Under the pieces are notes generated by a model. The model had not been told where the DNA came from. It saw only the letters and a program-made list of their open reading frames with translations, and ran no database searches. A DNA stretch of 58,407 nucleotides, the filler included, from Sphacelaria rigidula (lineage: Eukaryota), in the NCBI GenBank assembly GCA_964200075.2. It is 4 parts of 4 records of this genome, joined end to end, with 100 filler letters (N's around TTAATTAATTAA, not from the genome) between each part and the next. Parts side by side here need not be neighbours in the genome. Positions count along the whole stretch, not along the records: positions 43,882 to 58,407 come from CAXNAA020002207.1; 3 more parts are not named here. One strand, 5' to 3'. Shown here piece after piece: positions 58,095 to 58,407 of the stretch; position 1 is the stretch's first letter; every line of letters begins with the position of its first letter. The position numbers and the translations under genes are program-made.

Positions 58095-58407
58095 GGTATG
58101 GTGGGGGGGGAGGGGGGGGCGAACTGATTTGTTGCTTGCCTTAGTCGTTCGACCATTGACCACGCATCCCTTTCGAGACGGAGCACCGTTCCTACTCCTA
58201 AAAGAGACATCTCCAACATTCTGGCACTCATCATGTTTCTTCAAAAGCTCACTATTACGTTTCTTCCATACATTACACAAGAACCTTTTAAATATCTCAT
58301 CCCCGTCCTGTTTCGCCGTCTGTGGCCACCATCCATCTTCTAATATAGCCATCGTTTTCTCCCTACTGTCTAATGCTTCAAACGATTTCATGCCACCTTT
58401 GTTCACG
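58095..58407 (-). mobile_element. LINE 3' region: probable ORF2 C-terminus plus C-tract end
   Basis: Encodes ...MAILEDGWWPQTAKQDGDEIFKRFLCNVWKKR...GAPSRKGCVVNGRTTKASNK, followed by a C-tract; the longest copy of the family also seen at 6570 and 43270. Confidence 0.7.

Overview
This is eukaryotic, intron-rich and repeat-rich DNA. Gene architecture and repeat style suggest a brown alga (Phaeophyceae; inference). The window is not one locus: it is four equal blocks (1-14527, 14628-29154, 29255-43781, 43882-58407) joined by identical 100-bp N44-TTAATTAATTAA-N44 spacers, so adjacency across blocks means nothing. Block 1 has no host gene; it holds nested MITE/foldback elements, a 5S rRNA-headed SINE3-like element and a degenerate chromodomain-bearing Ty3/Gypsy element lacking most of RT/RNase H. 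Block 2 has four spliceable exons of a RAD5/RAD16-like SNF2 ATPase (minus strand), a pogo-like transposase remnant, SINEs and satellites. Block 3 has seven exons of an S6K/PKB-like AGC kinase (minus strand, N-terminus outside the block). Block 4 has a complete six-exon model for a ~501-aa secreted protein with RxL motifs, a protamine-like Arg/Gly peptide and long TPAP repeats, plus six copies of a TGT...ACA MITE carrying telomeric repeats. There is no CRISPR array and no genuine tRNA or rRNA gene. Best leads: the RxL-processed polycationic mucin-like protein, the 5S-derived SINE sharing a tail with other retroposons, the telomere-repeat MITE cluster, and LINE 3' ends terminating in poly(C).
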